Assembly: GCA_965227775.1 (NCBI GenBank)
Contig: OZ245777.1
Location: forward strand, 3,104,001-3,168,000
DNA from: Phycisphaerales bacterium
Lineage (GTDB): Bacteria > Planctomycetota > Phycisphaerae > Phycisphaerales > UBA1924
Direction of reading: 5' to 3'
DNA length: 64,000 nucleotides
Below, piece after piece: positions 51,522-61,653 of this stretch (position 1 is the stretch's first letter; each line of letters begins with the position of its first letter). The position numbers and the translations under genes were made by a program. Under the pieces are notes generated by a model. The model did no database searches, was not told the origin of the DNA, and saw nothing but the letters and a program-made list of their open reading frames with translations.

Positions 51522-52871
51522 ATGGACACCACGTCGACCATTGTCGCGCCGGCCACGCCCATGGCCGCCGGTGCGCGCGCGGTGGTGCGGCTGTCGGGCA
51601 GCAGCGCGTTCAGTGCCATCGATGCCATCGCCGTCAGCCCGATCGATCGGAGCCGCGGCGTCGGGCCCATCAGGCTCGATCTCACGATCGGAGAGCTGCC
51701 GACGCTCGCGGTGAGACTCCCCGGCCCTCGGTCCTACACCGGCGAGGACACAGTCGAGCTGTTTTCTCCCGGCTCACCCACGCTCGTAGCGGCGATCGTG
51801 CGTGAGTTGCTCAGCCAGCCCGGCGTGCGGCACGCCGAAGCCGGCGAATTCAGCGCCCGAGCCTACCTCAACGGGCGCCTCACGCTCGAGCAGGCCGAGG
51901 GCGTGGCCGCGACGATTGCCGCGAGCACCGACACCCAGCTCGAAGCCTCGCACCGCCTGCTCTCGGGCCAGTCAGGACGGCGTTACGCCCGCATGGTCGA
52001 CGAGCTCGCGTCGCTGCTCGCGTTGGTCGAAGCGGCCGCCGACTTCAGTGAGGAGGAGCACGTCGTGCCCATCGCCGCCGGGACGCTGCAAGACCGCCTG
52101 CGTGCGCTCCGCAGCGAACTTGAGCGGGAGCTGGCCGGCAAACGCGGCAGAGAGAGCCAGGCGGCCCGGCCGCTGGTGGTGCTCGCCGGTGCGCCCAATG
52201 CGGGCAAGACGAGCCTCTTCAACGCGCTGCTCGGGCGCACGCGCTCGGTGGTCTCGGCAACCGAGCACGCAACCCGAGATGCCGTCGTCGAATCGCTCCG
52301 TCTCGAGCACCCGTCGATCGGCGTCCTCGAGTGCGAGCTAACCGACTTACCGGGCATGCAGGGTCGGTCCATCATCGAGCTCGACGCCGAGGAGCGAGCC
52401 AGCATGCAATCGGTCATCGACGCCGCGATGGAGCGGGCAGATCTTGTGATACTTTGCGACCCAGAGGGGCGCTTCGATGAGCCAGGTACTACCGACAACG
52501 CCATCCGCGTGCGCACAAAATCGGACGACGTGAGCACGCACGCAGAGGACGCGATCGCCGTCAGCGTGCGCACCGGGCTCAACCTGGATTCGCTCCGCAT
52601 GGCGGTCGCAGAGGCCATCGAACATGCCCGCCAGGACGCTGGTGCGGGCCTCCTTCCGCGACACCACGCCCTGGCGACCGCGGCCATGAAATCGCTCGAT
52701 CGTTCGATCGAGTCACTGCTCCATGATGAACCCGAATGCCTGCCGGCCGAGGGCGAGCTCGTAGCCGCCGAGATGCGGCTAGCTCTCGACGCGCTGGGCG
52801 AGCTCGGCGGCAAGGTCTCACCCGACGAGGTCCTCGGCCGAATCTTCGCGAGCTTCTGCGTGGGCAAGTGA
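51522..52871 (+). CDS. mnmE: tRNA modification GTPase MnmE (TrmE)
   Basis: TIVAPAT, VVRLSG, PRSYTGED, GEFSARAYLNG, GAPNAGKTS, C-terminal FCVGK; follows yidC. Confidence 0.9.
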   Translation: MDTTSTIVAPATPMAAGARAVVRLSGSSAFSAIDAIAVSPIDRSRGVGPIRLDLTIGELPTLAVRLPGPRSYTGEDTVELFSPGSPTLVAAIVRELLSQPGVRHAEAGEFSARAYLNGRLTLEQAEGVAATIAASTDTQLEASHRLLSGQSGRRYARMVDELASLLALVEAAADFSEEEHVVPIAAGTLQDRLRALRSELERELAGKRGRESQAARPLVVLAGAPNAGKTSLFNALLGRTRSVVSATEHATRDAVVESLRLEHPSIGVLECELTDLPGMQGRSIIELDAEERASMQSVIDAAMERADLVILCDPEGRFDEPGTTDNAIRVRTKSDDVSTHAEDAIAVSVRTGLNLDSLRMAVAEAIEHARQDAGAGLLPRHHALATAAMKSLDRSIESLLHDEPECLPAEGELVAAEMRLALDALGELGGKVSPDEVLGRIFASFCVGK

Positions 52872-53053
52872 CCGCTCTTGGTTCGTCCGGATAAGAGCTC
52901 GACCTTGCCGCCTGCAACGACGCCGACGATTGCGCGGCCGTCGACCGTTCACGGCGCTGCGTGGCGCGGCATGACCGCTCGGTGGAGGGCGTTGAATACC
53001 CGATGCCAGGACCGACGCGGCGAACCAATCCAGCCGCGCCGGAGGGTGTTGGC

Positions 53054-53539
53054 ATGTCCAAGCCGATGGGCGAGATCCTGGTCGACCGAGGCATCCTGAG
53101 CGAGACGCAGCGCGATCAGGTGCTACGCGCCCAGCGGGGCACGAACCGTCCGTTCGGCGAACTCGCCGAGAAGATGTTCGATGTCAGCCAGGACGAGATC
53201 GAAACGGTCTGGGCCGAGCAATACGGCGCCATCGCCGAGTGGCTCGACCCATCGACGGTCGAGATCCCCGACCACGTGCTGTGCGTGCTCTCTGGCCGCC
53301 AGGCGGCCCAGTTTGCGATGATCCCCATCCGCTACGACGGGCGATCGCTCGTGCTCGTAACGACGCGCGAGCAGCTCCCCCGGGCGCTCCGTTTTGCATC
53401 CTCGACGTTCGGTGCCGAGTGCACGCTCGCGCTCTGCGAGACCGACGAATTGGGCGAAGGCCTACGTCGCCACTACGAGGTCGATGCCGATTCGTGGAAG
53501 TCGCTCATGCGCCAAGCGGGCTCGGGCGAAGCCGCATAA
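53054..53539 (+). CDS. Stand-alone MshEN/GspE-N-terminal-like domain protein
   Basis: MGEILVDRGILSETQ..VLRAQ..PFGE, then A.QFAMIPI..DG..LVL; GGAGG RBS. Confidence 0.6.
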   Translation: MSKPMGEILVDRGILSETQRDQVLRAQRGTNRPFGELAEKMFDVSQDEIETVWAEQYGAIAEWLDPSTVEIPDHVLCVLSGRQAAQFAMIPIRYDGRSLVLVTTREQLPRALRFASSTFGAECTLALCETDELGEGLRRHYEVDADSWKSLMRQAGSGEAA

Positions 53540-54742
53540 TCAGCTGCGGTCGGCAATCGTCGTCATCGGCGGCTCGAGCGGCAGGATCTTCACGAGTTCC
53601 ATGTATGAGTCGTGGTGCGCCTGCACCTCGGTGAGCGAATCGCCGCCGGTCTTGTCGAGGAACGCGCGGGCGATCTCGAACGCGACCACGTTCTCCATGA
53701 CCACGCTGGCCGCCGACACGGCGCACACGTCGCTGCGCTCGTAGTCGCTCTGCTGGGCTTCCTTGGTATTCAGGTCGATCGACGGCATGCCGCGCAAGAG
53801 GGTGGAGATGGGCTTCATCGCGCCCGTCACCACCACGGGCTGGCCGTTCGTCATTCCGCCCTCGACACCGCCCGCGTTGTTGGTGTCTCGTATGAACCCC
53901 AGCGATGGGCCGTCGGCTCTTGACCGATCGAAGCGGATCGGGTCGTGCACTTGAGAGCCCGGTAGCTCGCTAACTTGGCGGCCCATGCCCATTTCGACGC
54001 TTTTGAAGGCCTGGATGCCCATGACGGCATACGCGATCCGGGCGTCCAGCTTCAGCCTCCAGTCAACGCAGCTGCCCAGCCCGGGCGGCGCGCCGAATAC
54101 GTGCACCTCGCACAGTCCGCCGGCGGTGTCCTTGTCGACCTTGGCCTGGCGGATGACCTCGATCTGCTTCTTCGTCGCGTCGGCGTCGGGGCAATACGTC
54201 TCGCTCGCGTCGCGAGCTTCGAGCAGACTCGCGTGGTCCTCGGGCGAGACTACCGCCTCGGTGCGCGCCATGCCGACGCTGCGTACGAAGCCGAACACCG
54301 TGATGCCAAAGAACTCGAGAAGGCCGCGTGTGAGCGCGCCGGCGGCGACGCGGGCGGCCGTCTCTCGGGCGCTCGCGCGTTCGAGCGTTCCCCGGCAGTC
54401 GGTCGTGAGCCACTTGAGCGAGCCTGGAAGGTCGGCGTGGCCTGGCCTTGGTCGGTACACCGGCGGCGTGCGCTCGGCGTCGTCCATGCGCGAGTCCTTG
54501 TTCGCCACGCGCATGGCGATGGGCGAGCCGAGCGTCTTGCCCATGCGAATGCCGCTCAAAAACTCAACGGTGTCGGTCTCGATACGCTGGCGGCCGCCGC
54601 GTCCGTAGCCGCCCTGCCGCCGCGCGAGCTCGCGGTTCATCCCCTCGACATCGATCGGCACACCCGCGGGCATGCCGGTGACGATGGTGAGCATGCCCGG
54701 GCCGTGGCTCTCTCCGGCGGTCTGGTAGTCGAGTGTCGGCAT
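53540..54742 (-). CDS. aroC: Chorismate synthase
   Basis: TAGESHG, RRQGGYGRG, PRPGHAD, ERASARETA, NNAGGVEGG, MKPI.T, RSD.C. Confidence 0.96.
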   Translation of the reverse strand: MPTLDYQTAGESHGPGMLTIVTGMPAGVPIDVEGMNRELARRQGGYGRGGRQRIETDTVEFLSGIRMGKTLGSPIAMRVANKDSRMDDAERTPPVYRPRPGHADLPGSLKWLTTDCRGTLERASARETAARVAAGALTRGLLEFFGITVFGFVRSVGMARTEAVVSPEDHASLLEARDASETYCPDADATKKQIEVIRQAKVDKDTAGGLCEVHVFGAPPGLGSCVDWRLKLDARIAYAVMGIQAFKSVEMGMGRQVSELPGSQVHDPIRFDRSRADGPSLGFIRDTNNAGGVEGGMTNGQPVVVTGAMKPISTLLRGMPSIDLNTKEAQQSDYERSDVCAVSAASVVMENVVAFEIARAFLDKTGGDSLTEVQAHHDSYMELVKILPLEPPMTTIADRS

Positions 54743-54761
54743 CGGAGATGGTATGTTGGCC

Positions 54762-57023
54762 CTAGCCCTGCGGCGGCGCTCCGAGCACAGAGAGGATGTT
54801 GCTGCGATCGTCGGTCCACAGGCGGAAGCTCTCGGGCGCCTGCGGCTGCCGCCAAAGCGAGCGCCGGGCCAGGGGCGCGAGATCTTCGGCCTCGCGCGAG
54901 AGCATCACCCACGTGCTGGTGTATCGCCCGGTTTCCAGGCTCTCCTGCGGGTCTCGCATATCCGTACGCATGGTGGCGAAGAGGCCGAGTTTCTCCGCCG
55001 CCTTGGCCACCACGGGTTCGAGGTCGAGGTACACGTTCGAGATGTGCACCGCCAGCACGCCGCCGTCGGCCAGCACAGCGAGGTAGCTCTCGAACGCCTC
55101 GAGCGTGAGCAGGTGCACCGGGATGGCATCGGAGCTGAACGCGTCGAGCACGATCAGGTCGTACGGCTCGCCCTCGTGCTGCTCGATGAGCAGGCGGCCA
55201 TCGCCCACGAAGTACTCGATGTCGTCGGCCCGGCTCTGGCTGAGGAACGTAAAATACCGCGAATCGGTGGCGATGTCGACGACTGCCGGATCGATCTCGT
55301 ACGCGTGCATGACCATGCCCGGCCGCCCGTACGCGGCGAGCGCCCCGGTGCCTAGGCCCACGAGCGCGACGCGATCGAGCGCGTTGTGCTGCCGGGGGGC
55401 GGCCTGACCATCGACCAGCGCGAACACGTCGGCCACGGGGCTCAGGTCGTGGTAGTACGCCAGCGGCACGGGCACACCGCCCGTGTCGATGCGCTGCAGG
55501 CCGTGGGCGGTCGAGCCGTGGCGGAGTTGGTGGAGCGTGGCAATCGAGCCGTCGCGCCACCGCACGCGGACCTCCTCCACGGTGTGCACGCCGAAGAAGG
55601 TTCGCTCGATGTGCACGACATCGGCCGGGCCGCGCCAGAAGCTCGCGGTCAGCAGCACGCCACCGACGGCGAGGGCGAACGCCGCAGCACGCGCATAGAT
55701 GACATAGAGCGTCAAGGCCGGCACGCCCACCGCGAGCCCACGCTCCCACCACGATGCCGACGCAGACAATGGCTGGAACCCTAGTGCACCGAGCACCACG
55801 AGCATGCACACGAACGCTGCGACGACAGCGAAGCCCACGGCGATCTGCGTCGCAGGGCGATCAAGGCCGGCGTCCTTGTCCGAGGCCTTGCGGCTTGGCA
55901 AGCCCGGCAACGCGAGCAAGGCTAGCGAGATGGCGATGGGATACTCGAGCACACGATCGAACACCATCGGCGCGAGCAGCGCATTGAACGCGCCACCGAG
56001 CACGCCGCCAAGGGCGACCAGCAGGTAGAACTCGGTGAGGTGCCCAGCGTGCGGCCGGAGCGAGGCCAGCCGCAGGTGGCACAGCAGCGCCGCGAGCGCG
56101 AACGCGGCGAGGTGCGCACCCGCGACGGCAACGAGGGGCTGCCGGGCGTGTAACAGGATGGCAACAACGACGCCAACCACGGCGATGGGCGTGAGCCGCG
56201 CAACCCACCGGTCCAAGCCGGGCTTGCGCACGCCGAAGGCGACAATGAACGTGAGCAGGTAGAGCGCCAGAGGCACCACCCACAGCAGCGGCGCGGCGGC
56301 GACGTCGGTCGTCAGGTGCTGCGTCACGCCCAGCATGAGGCTCGATGGCACAAACGCCAGCCCGACCCACGCCAACCGGCGCGGCCAGGCGATGGGCTCG
56401 GCGGGCGTGGCGCTTGCCATCTGTTGTGGCTCACGCGTTCGCCTAACGGCAAGCACGCCTCCCAAACCCAACACCACGACGAGCGCGATGTAGCCCACAG
56501 ACCACCACGTTCGCTGCTGCTCGAGGCTCAGCAGCGGCTCGAGCACGAACGGGTACGCGAGCAGCCCCAGCATGCTTCCCGCATTGCTCGCCGCGTAGAG
56601 CGGGTAGGGGTCGGCGGCGAACGGGTGGTCGGTCTTGGAGATCCACTTCTGCACCAGTGGCGACACCGATGACAGAACCAGATACGGCGCCCCCACCGTC
56701 AGCGCTAGCGCCGCCATCACCCACAACGCCGGTGCTCCCTGGGGTGAACCCGACGGCAACGCCAATGGCAAGGCAAGCACCGCGAGTGCGGCCAGCACGA
56801 CGTGCGCTCCCACCGCCACACGAGGCGCCCGTCGGCCGACGAGACCAAGCAAATGGGCCGAGAGATAGCCCAGCAGGAGCCCCGACTGGAAGAACAGCAT
56901 CGCCGCCGTCCAGACCGCCGGGCTGCCGCCCAGGCGGGGCAGCAGCATGCGTGCGAGCATGGGCTGCACACAGAAGAGCAGCGCCGCGGCCAGGAAGATG
57001 GCGATCGTGTACAACGCGAGCAT
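54762..57023 (-). CDS. Multi-TM membrane protein fused to a spermidine-synthase-like SAM-binding domain
   Basis: LLF.VQP..LP..GG.PAVW, PYPLYA.SN.GS, HG.T.HG, GLGTG, EIDP, GDGR, DAFSSD. Confidence 0.85.
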   Translation of the reverse strand: MLALYTIAIFLAAALLFCVQPMLARMLLPRLGGSPAVWTAAMLFFQSGLLLGYLSAHLLGLVGRRAPRVAVGAHVVLAALAVLALPLALPSGSPQGAPALWVMAALALTVGAPYLVLSSVSPLVQKWISKTDHPFAADPYPLYAASNAGSMLGLLAYPFVLEPLLSLEQQRTWWSVGYIALVVVLGLGGVLAVRRTREPQQMASATPAEPIAWPRRLAWVGLAFVPSSLMLGVTQHLTTDVAAAPLLWVVPLALYLLTFIVAFGVRKPGLDRWVARLTPIAVVGVVVAILLHARQPLVAVAGAHLAAFALAALLCHLRLASLRPHAGHLTEFYLLVALGGVLGGAFNALLAPMVFDRVLEYPIAISLALLALPGLPSRKASDKDAGLDRPATQIAVGFAVVAAFVCMLVVLGALGFQPLSASASWWERGLAVGVPALTLYVIYARAAAFALAVGGVLLTASFWRGPADVVHIERTFFGVHTVEEVRVRWRDGSIATLHQLRHGSTAHGLQRIDTGGVPVPLAYYHDLSPVADVFALVDGQAAPRQHNALDRVALVGLGTGALAAYGRPGMVMHAYEIDPAVVDIATDSRYFTFLSQSRADDIEYFVGDGRLLIEQHEGEPYDLIVLDAFSSDAIPVHLLTLEAFESYLAVLADGGVLAVHISNVYLDLEPVVAKAAEKLGLFATMRTDMRDPQESLETGRYTSTWVMLSREAEDLAPLARRSLWRQPQAPESFRLWTDDRSNILSVLGAPPQG

Positions 57024-57195
57024 GCGGGTGCAACCCCCTCAGGGGGCTCATGGTACCGCCCGGCGACGCGCTGGCCGCCGAACCCCGCGTCTAGGCTCGC
57101 GAGGCACGAATCGGTGTTCAGCCGAAACGCCGCCTACGTGCGAGCCCTATGCAGGCACGGGGAGCCCTGCGGTGTCCACAACGGCCCTCATCCTG

Positions 57196-58245
57196 ATGCG
57201 GTTGAGGCTCTTCGGAGTTTTTGGCATTGCGTGCGGCATCGCTGCACTTCTGCTGGCTGCGCCTCCCGCCCATGCCGGGCCGCTTCCCGAGCACTGGGTA
57301 GCCAAGGGCAGCGACTGGGTCGTTCACATCGATGCCGAGCGTCTACGCGAGGCCGAGGCGCTCAAACCGATCTTCGACGCGCTGGTTACCTCCGCGTGGG
57401 GTGCGACCCTCAGCGATATGGGCATCGACGCCCGCATGGACCTGACCGACATCACCTTGTTCGGCACCATCACCCGTGGGCCCGATGCCAAGGGCCAGAC
57501 CACGACGATGCTGCAGGGCGGTGCGGCGCTGCGAGAGGCCATCCAGCAGCATGTATCTGACCACGACGGGTATCCCCTGATTCTGCGGGCGGCCCGACAG
57601 GCAGACGGCCGCGGCATCTTGGCTTGGACGATCGATGCGCTGTCGGTCCACGTGGCTTTGGTTCCGGTTGGGTCAAAAGACTCTGGGGAACTCGTTGCCG
57701 TGCTCTCGGATCACTCCGAGAAGTTGCAGTCGTGCATCGGCCTGCTGCTGGATACCTCGAGGTCGAACAACCCGGGACGTGTGCCTGCCCAGGAAGGGAC
57801 CTCGCAGGCGCAAGAGAGCCCGCAGGGATGCGTCATCATCGTGCGGGCGAATGACTTGGACAGAGCACACCCACCGCTGCAATCGGCCCTACTCGCTTCG
57901 GCCCGGTCGATCCACGGGTATCTTGGCTATCGCCAAGAAGCCGAGCGAACGGTCGTGTTTGCCCGGATGCGCGTGGACGGCGGCGAGTCGGCCGATGGCG
58001 AGCAAATGGTCGTTTCGCTCAACAACATGGTCGAGTTCTGGACGCACGGAGCCCAGAAAATGGCGACCGATGCGCCCGCGCTCGAGGCCCTTGTCGACCT
58101 GATCGGGTCCAGCGAGGTCTCAAGGGAAGGTCTGACGGTGGAACTGGCAATGCAGAACGCGATCTCTTTGCCTGGCGAGCCCGCCAGCGAGGAGAACGAT
58201 TCCCGCCTGGTCGGCGTCACCGAAGAACGCGACTCCGGCTCATGA
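57196..58245 (+). CDS. Hypothetical exported protein
   Basis: Signal peptide ending PAHA; 349 aa; no recognised motif; upstream of an ECF sigma gene. Confidence 0.65.
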   Translation: MRLRLFGVFGIACGIAALLLAAPPAHAGPLPEHWVAKGSDWVVHIDAERLREAEALKPIFDALVTSAWGATLSDMGIDARMDLTDITLFGTITRGPDAKGQTTTMLQGGAALREAIQQHVSDHDGYPLILRAARQADGRGILAWTIDALSVHVALVPVGSKDSGELVAVLSDHSEKLQSCIGLLLDTSRSNNPGRVPAQEGTSQAQESPQGCVIIVRANDLDRAHPPLQSALLASARSIHGYLGYRQEAERTVVFARMRVDGGESADGEQMVVSLNNMVEFWTHGAQKMATDAPALEALVDLIGSSEVSREGLTVELAMQNAISLPGEPASEENDSRLVGVTEERDSGS

Positions 58246-58360
58246 TTGACCGATAACGGCGACCGATGGGCACTATCCGACGGATTGAACAGATATTTAT
58301 GGATAACCCCAAGCGTGCAACCGCTTTGGATTTTGGCACGGATGCGTTAACCTAATGGCA

Positions 58361-59038
58361 ATGTCCGCGTCCGTTGCTGGCCCCATCCCGTTCGAAGTCC
58401 CGTTTCATGGGCGGCCCGGCGTGCCGGTCGACAACCTGAGTGATCAGGAACTGTCGGAGTTGGCCAAGGAAGGGTCGGTCGCGGCGTACAACGTGCTCGT
58501 GACCCGGTACCAGGATCGCGTCTACCGCTTCCTGCTCCGCCGGACGGGCTCTTCGGCCGAGGCCGAGGACGTCGCCCAAGACACGTTCCTGCGTGCCTGG
58601 CAGAAGCTGCACACCTACGAGCCCGAGCGCCCGCTGGCACCCTGGCTGCTGACGATCGCCGCACGGCTTGCCGCATCGGCTGCCCGTCGCCGGGCTCGTG
58701 TTCGCGTGGCTCCGGAGTCGGCTATCGGCTACGTTGACGCCGCCGCTCCGAGCCACGAGCCCCGGAATCCGGACGCGAGCCACGACCGCAAGCGGATCTG
58801 GCAGATCGCCGAGTCGGTGCTCAATCGTGACCAGCTCACCGCGGTCTGGCTGAGGTATGTCGAGGGGCTCAGCCCCGCCCAGATCGCCCGCGTGATGGAC
58901 AAGTCGGGCGTGGCGGTCCGAGTCATGCTGCTGCGTTCACGGAACGTTCTGGGTGAAGCCCTCCGTGAGCGGGCCGTCGACATCGCGTCGCCGAATAAGG
59001 ACATTCCCGCAAAGACCTCGCGTCCTGCCGCTCGCTGA
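58361..59038 (+). CDS. ECF sigma-70 factor
   Basis: SDQEL, AY..LV.RY, EAEDVAQDTFLRAW, PWL..IA, LRY.EGLS..QIA; alternative ATG at 58355. Confidence 0.9.
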   Translation: MSASVAGPIPFEVPFHGRPGVPVDNLSDQELSELAKEGSVAAYNVLVTRYQDRVYRFLLRRTGSSAEAEDVAQDTFLRAWQKLHTYEPERPLAPWLLTIAARLAASAARRRARVRVAPESAIGYVDAAAPSHEPRNPDASHDRKRIWQIAESVLNRDQLTAVWLRYVEGLSPAQIARVMDKSGVAVRVMLLRSRNVLGEALRERAVDIASPNKDIPAKTSRPAAR

Positions 59039-59142
59039 TCCGCTGCGCCATCGCAGGACGATGGAAGAGGATGAATGAGTAGGATCCCGCGTTACGCTCG
59101 ACCCCGACGGAGCGAATACTGAGCGGGAGTAGCATTGATCTC

Positions 59143-59742
59143 GTGAGCCGTCCAAAGCACCATCCCAGTTCGAGCACCCGTCGCCGGCGCAAGGTCGTCG
59201 GTCGCCGGATCGAATCGCTCTTGCGCGATCCCAAGGGCTGGCCCGGGGAGAAGGCTCCGCTGCGAGTGCGGGCGGGCGTGATGTCCAACTTGGCGGCACA
59301 ACGCCAAGCAGACATGCGTGGCGAGCGTGTGACGGTGTACCGGGACAGCCGGTTCTCGAACCGACGCCTGGAGTTTTCGCTGCGACCGCCACTGGCCGCT
59401 GCAGCGGTCATCGCCATGATCGTCTCGGCGGCCGTGCACTTCATGGGTGGCACCGAGGCGTGGCAGCCGTGGGCCGATGGTCTGGCCAACCGGTACTACG
59501 AGGTCGACGAGGGCAATGCCCGGTTCAACGGCTCGGCGTTCGCCGACGCTGGCTCGCAGGCCGATGGCCGATTGCCTGGTGAGGACGAGGCCGCTGCGCT
59601 TCGTTCGGACGTCGACCGATTCCGGGCGCACCTGACCGGTCGCATCCCAATGCGAGACGCAGAGTCGACCCCGGCACGCGACACTCGCCGTGAAGCGCCG
59701 CCGCCGCAGCGCCGCAATGGCCCCGATCCTGCGTCGTCCTGA
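59143..59742 (+). CDS. Putative anti-sigma factor (single TM)
   Basis: Follows the ECF gene; P..LRVRAGVM cytoplasmic segment, one TM (LAAAAVIAMIV), short C-terminal domain. Confidence 0.5.
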   Translation: MSRPKHHPSSSTRRRRKVVGRRIESLLRDPKGWPGEKAPLRVRAGVMSNLAAQRQADMRGERVTVYRDSRFSNRRLEFSLRPPLAAAAVIAMIVSAAVHFMGGTEAWQPWADGLANRYYEVDEGNARFNGSAFADAGSQADGRLPGEDEAAALRSDVDRFRAHLTGRIPMRDAESTPARDTRREAPPPQRRNGPDPASS

Positions 59743-59757
59743 CGCTTGTCTTTGTCT

Positions 59758-60798
59758 CTAGTGAACCTCAACGCTGCCGACGAGCTCCGTCAGCTTGATT
59801 GCGCCCATGCGCTCGGTCCAGCGCTTCAATCCCTTGTGGATGCGAGCCGGACTTGACGGATCAGCCATCGCTCCGGTGCCGACGCCTATTGCCGACGCGC
59901 CGGCAAGGACGAACTCGGCCGCCTCACGCCAGCTGGTCACGCCGCCGAGGCCGATGATGGGCACGCCGGCATCGCGGGCGACCGATCGATGAACATCGTG
60001 CACGAGCTTCACGACTATCGCGTGCACCGCGGGTCCTGAAAGCCCGCCCGTGTTGTTGGTGATCCTGGGCTTGCGGGTCTCGACGTCGATGGCCATCGCG
60101 GGCGTGGTGTTTGCCAGGCACAACACGTCAGCACCGGGACGATCGTTGGGGCCACCGGATCGGCCTCGAGCCTCGATCGCGGACTTCGCGATCGTCACGA
60201 TGCCCGGCATGCCCGTGGCAACCGGTGGCAACTTGACGATGAGCGGCTTGCTGGGCAGCGCCTCGCGCGTGGCCGCGACAAGATCGGCCAGCGCTTCCGG
60301 ATCAACACCGAAGTCGGCGCCGCCGTGCACGTTCGGGCATGAGACGTTGAGCTCGACCGCGTCGACGCCTTCAAGCCCGTCCATCTCGGCGACGACGCGT
60401 ACGTACCCGTCGATCGTGTCGCCGGCGACCGACCCGATGAGCCTCACCGCATGACGGGCCAGGTCGTGCGTCGACGCGACATGCTCGGCGAATCGATCGA
60501 TGCCCGTGTTGGCCAGCCCGATGGCGTTGAGCATACCGCCGCGCAGGGGCACCATGCGCCAGGTCGGGTGGCCCTCACGCGGCTGCGCGGTGATGGACTT
60601 GCTGGTGACGGCACCGAGCACCCGGGGGGGCAGCACGTCGAGGATCTCGTCGGCATAACCGGCGGTGCCCGCCGCCAGAATAATGGGGCTCTGCAGCTCT
60701 AGCCCGGCAAGATCCACGGCCAACGGGCCCTTGGGGGCTGGTGATTTCGCGTCGATCGCTGGCTGTGGCGTGGATTCGGGTTCGTCGGGCACGATCAA
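59758..60798 (-). CDS. pyrD: Dihydroorotate dehydrogenase, class 1 catalytic subunit
   Basis: AAGT, KSIT..PR.G, MLNAIGL.N, ELNVSCPN, VKL, NT, GGLSG, G.GGV. Confidence 0.9.
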   Translation of the reverse strand: MIVPDEPESTPQPAIDAKSPAPKGPLAVDLAGLELQSPIILAAGTAGYADEILDVLPPRVLGAVTSKSITAQPREGHPTWRMVPLRGGMLNAIGLANTGIDRFAEHVASTHDLARHAVRLIGSVAGDTIDGYVRVVAEMDGLEGVDAVELNVSCPNVHGGADFGVDPEALADLVAATREALPSKPLIVKLPPVATGMPGIVTIAKSAIEARGRSGGPNDRPGADVLCLANTTPAMAIDVETRKPRITNNTGGLSGPAVHAIVVKLVHDVHRSVARDAGVPIIGLGGVTSWREAAEFVLAGASAIGVGTGAMADPSSPARIHKGLKRWTERMGAIKLTELVGSVEVH

Positions 60799-60843
60799 GT
60801 GTTCGCACCCGCACGCAGCGGGGCTACCGCGGTGGAACGACCA

Positions 60844-61653
60844 TCAAGAACGGTCCGCCCCAGTGCGACGGAAACCGGTGAGCAGGCCCGGTCGTGCTGG
60901 GCGTTGGACCTCGGGCTCGCGATCGAAGCTCGCGCTGGGCAGGGCCTCGATGGCCTGCGCAGCGGTATCGAAGCCGTTGATCGGGTCGAGACCCTGGGCG
61001 AAGAACGCGTCCCAGGCAGGATCGAGCCGCCGGACGAGCTTGCTGGCAGGCAAGCTCACGGTCGCGGCGTCGTGGCCGGTCAGGCAGGTGAATCCAAGCT
61101 CGACAACGCTGCGGATCTCGTCTCGCTGCACTTCGGTTGAGAAACCCCTGAGTCCCTCGAGTGTGCGAGCAACACCGAGCATCTCGATGGTGGCGCTACC
61201 ACGTCGATCGACGAGCACGTCGCGCGCGCGAACGGCGCCGTGGTGCACGAGCTTCTCGTGCGCCGCGTCGAGGCCATCGAGCACCTGTCGCAGCAGGCGA
61301 TCGGCTTCTCCGGGTTCCATGTGCCCGCCCTTCTCGGCGAGCAGCGACTCCAGGTCGATCAGGCCATCCTGGTGCCCGGTGTAGGGCGTGACGGCGCAGG
61401 GCTGATGGACGATGCCCAGCAGCAGCTTCTCGACCGGCAGCACGTGCCGGTTGTCGATCATTCGGATGTTGTCGACCGCACGCCGCAACACCGCGACCTG
61501 GGCGTCGTCGGGGCGGATCGGAAACAGGTGCAGGACCTTCGCATCGCGTCCGCCGGGCTCGATGGCCAGCAGTCGTCGTGCGATTGGCGATTCGGGGAGT
61601 TCGCGCGTGATCGTGTAGTCACCGAATCGCACGCGAGGCTGGGTTTCGCCCAT
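60844..61653 (-). CDS. Protein kinase-fold protein with degenerate catalytic motifs (pseudokinase candidate)
   Basis: FGDYTITREL, RHVLPV, QVLDGL.AAH..VHHG.V...VLVD..G; HRD and DFG absent. Confidence 0.6.
   Translation of the reverse strand: MGETQPRVRFGDYTITRELPESPIARRLLAIEPGGRDAKVLHLFPIRPDDAQVAVLRRAVDNIRMIDNRHVLPVEKLLLGIVHQPCAVTPYTGHQDGLIDLESLLAEKGGHMEPGEADRLLRQVLDGLDAAHEKLVHHGAVRARDVLVDRRGSATIEMLGVARTLEGLRGFSTEVQRDEIRSVVELGFTCLTGHDAATVSLPASKLVRRLDPAWDAFFAQGLDPINGFDTAAQAIEALPSASFDREPEVQRPARPGLLTGFRRTGADRS

Noticed and set aside
51522..52871. MnmE as a possible pseudo-GTPase (HATRD, DLPG, TKSD)
   Set aside because: G1 Lys, switch I Thr, DxxG, KxD and the CxGK motif are retained; looks like ordinary divergence
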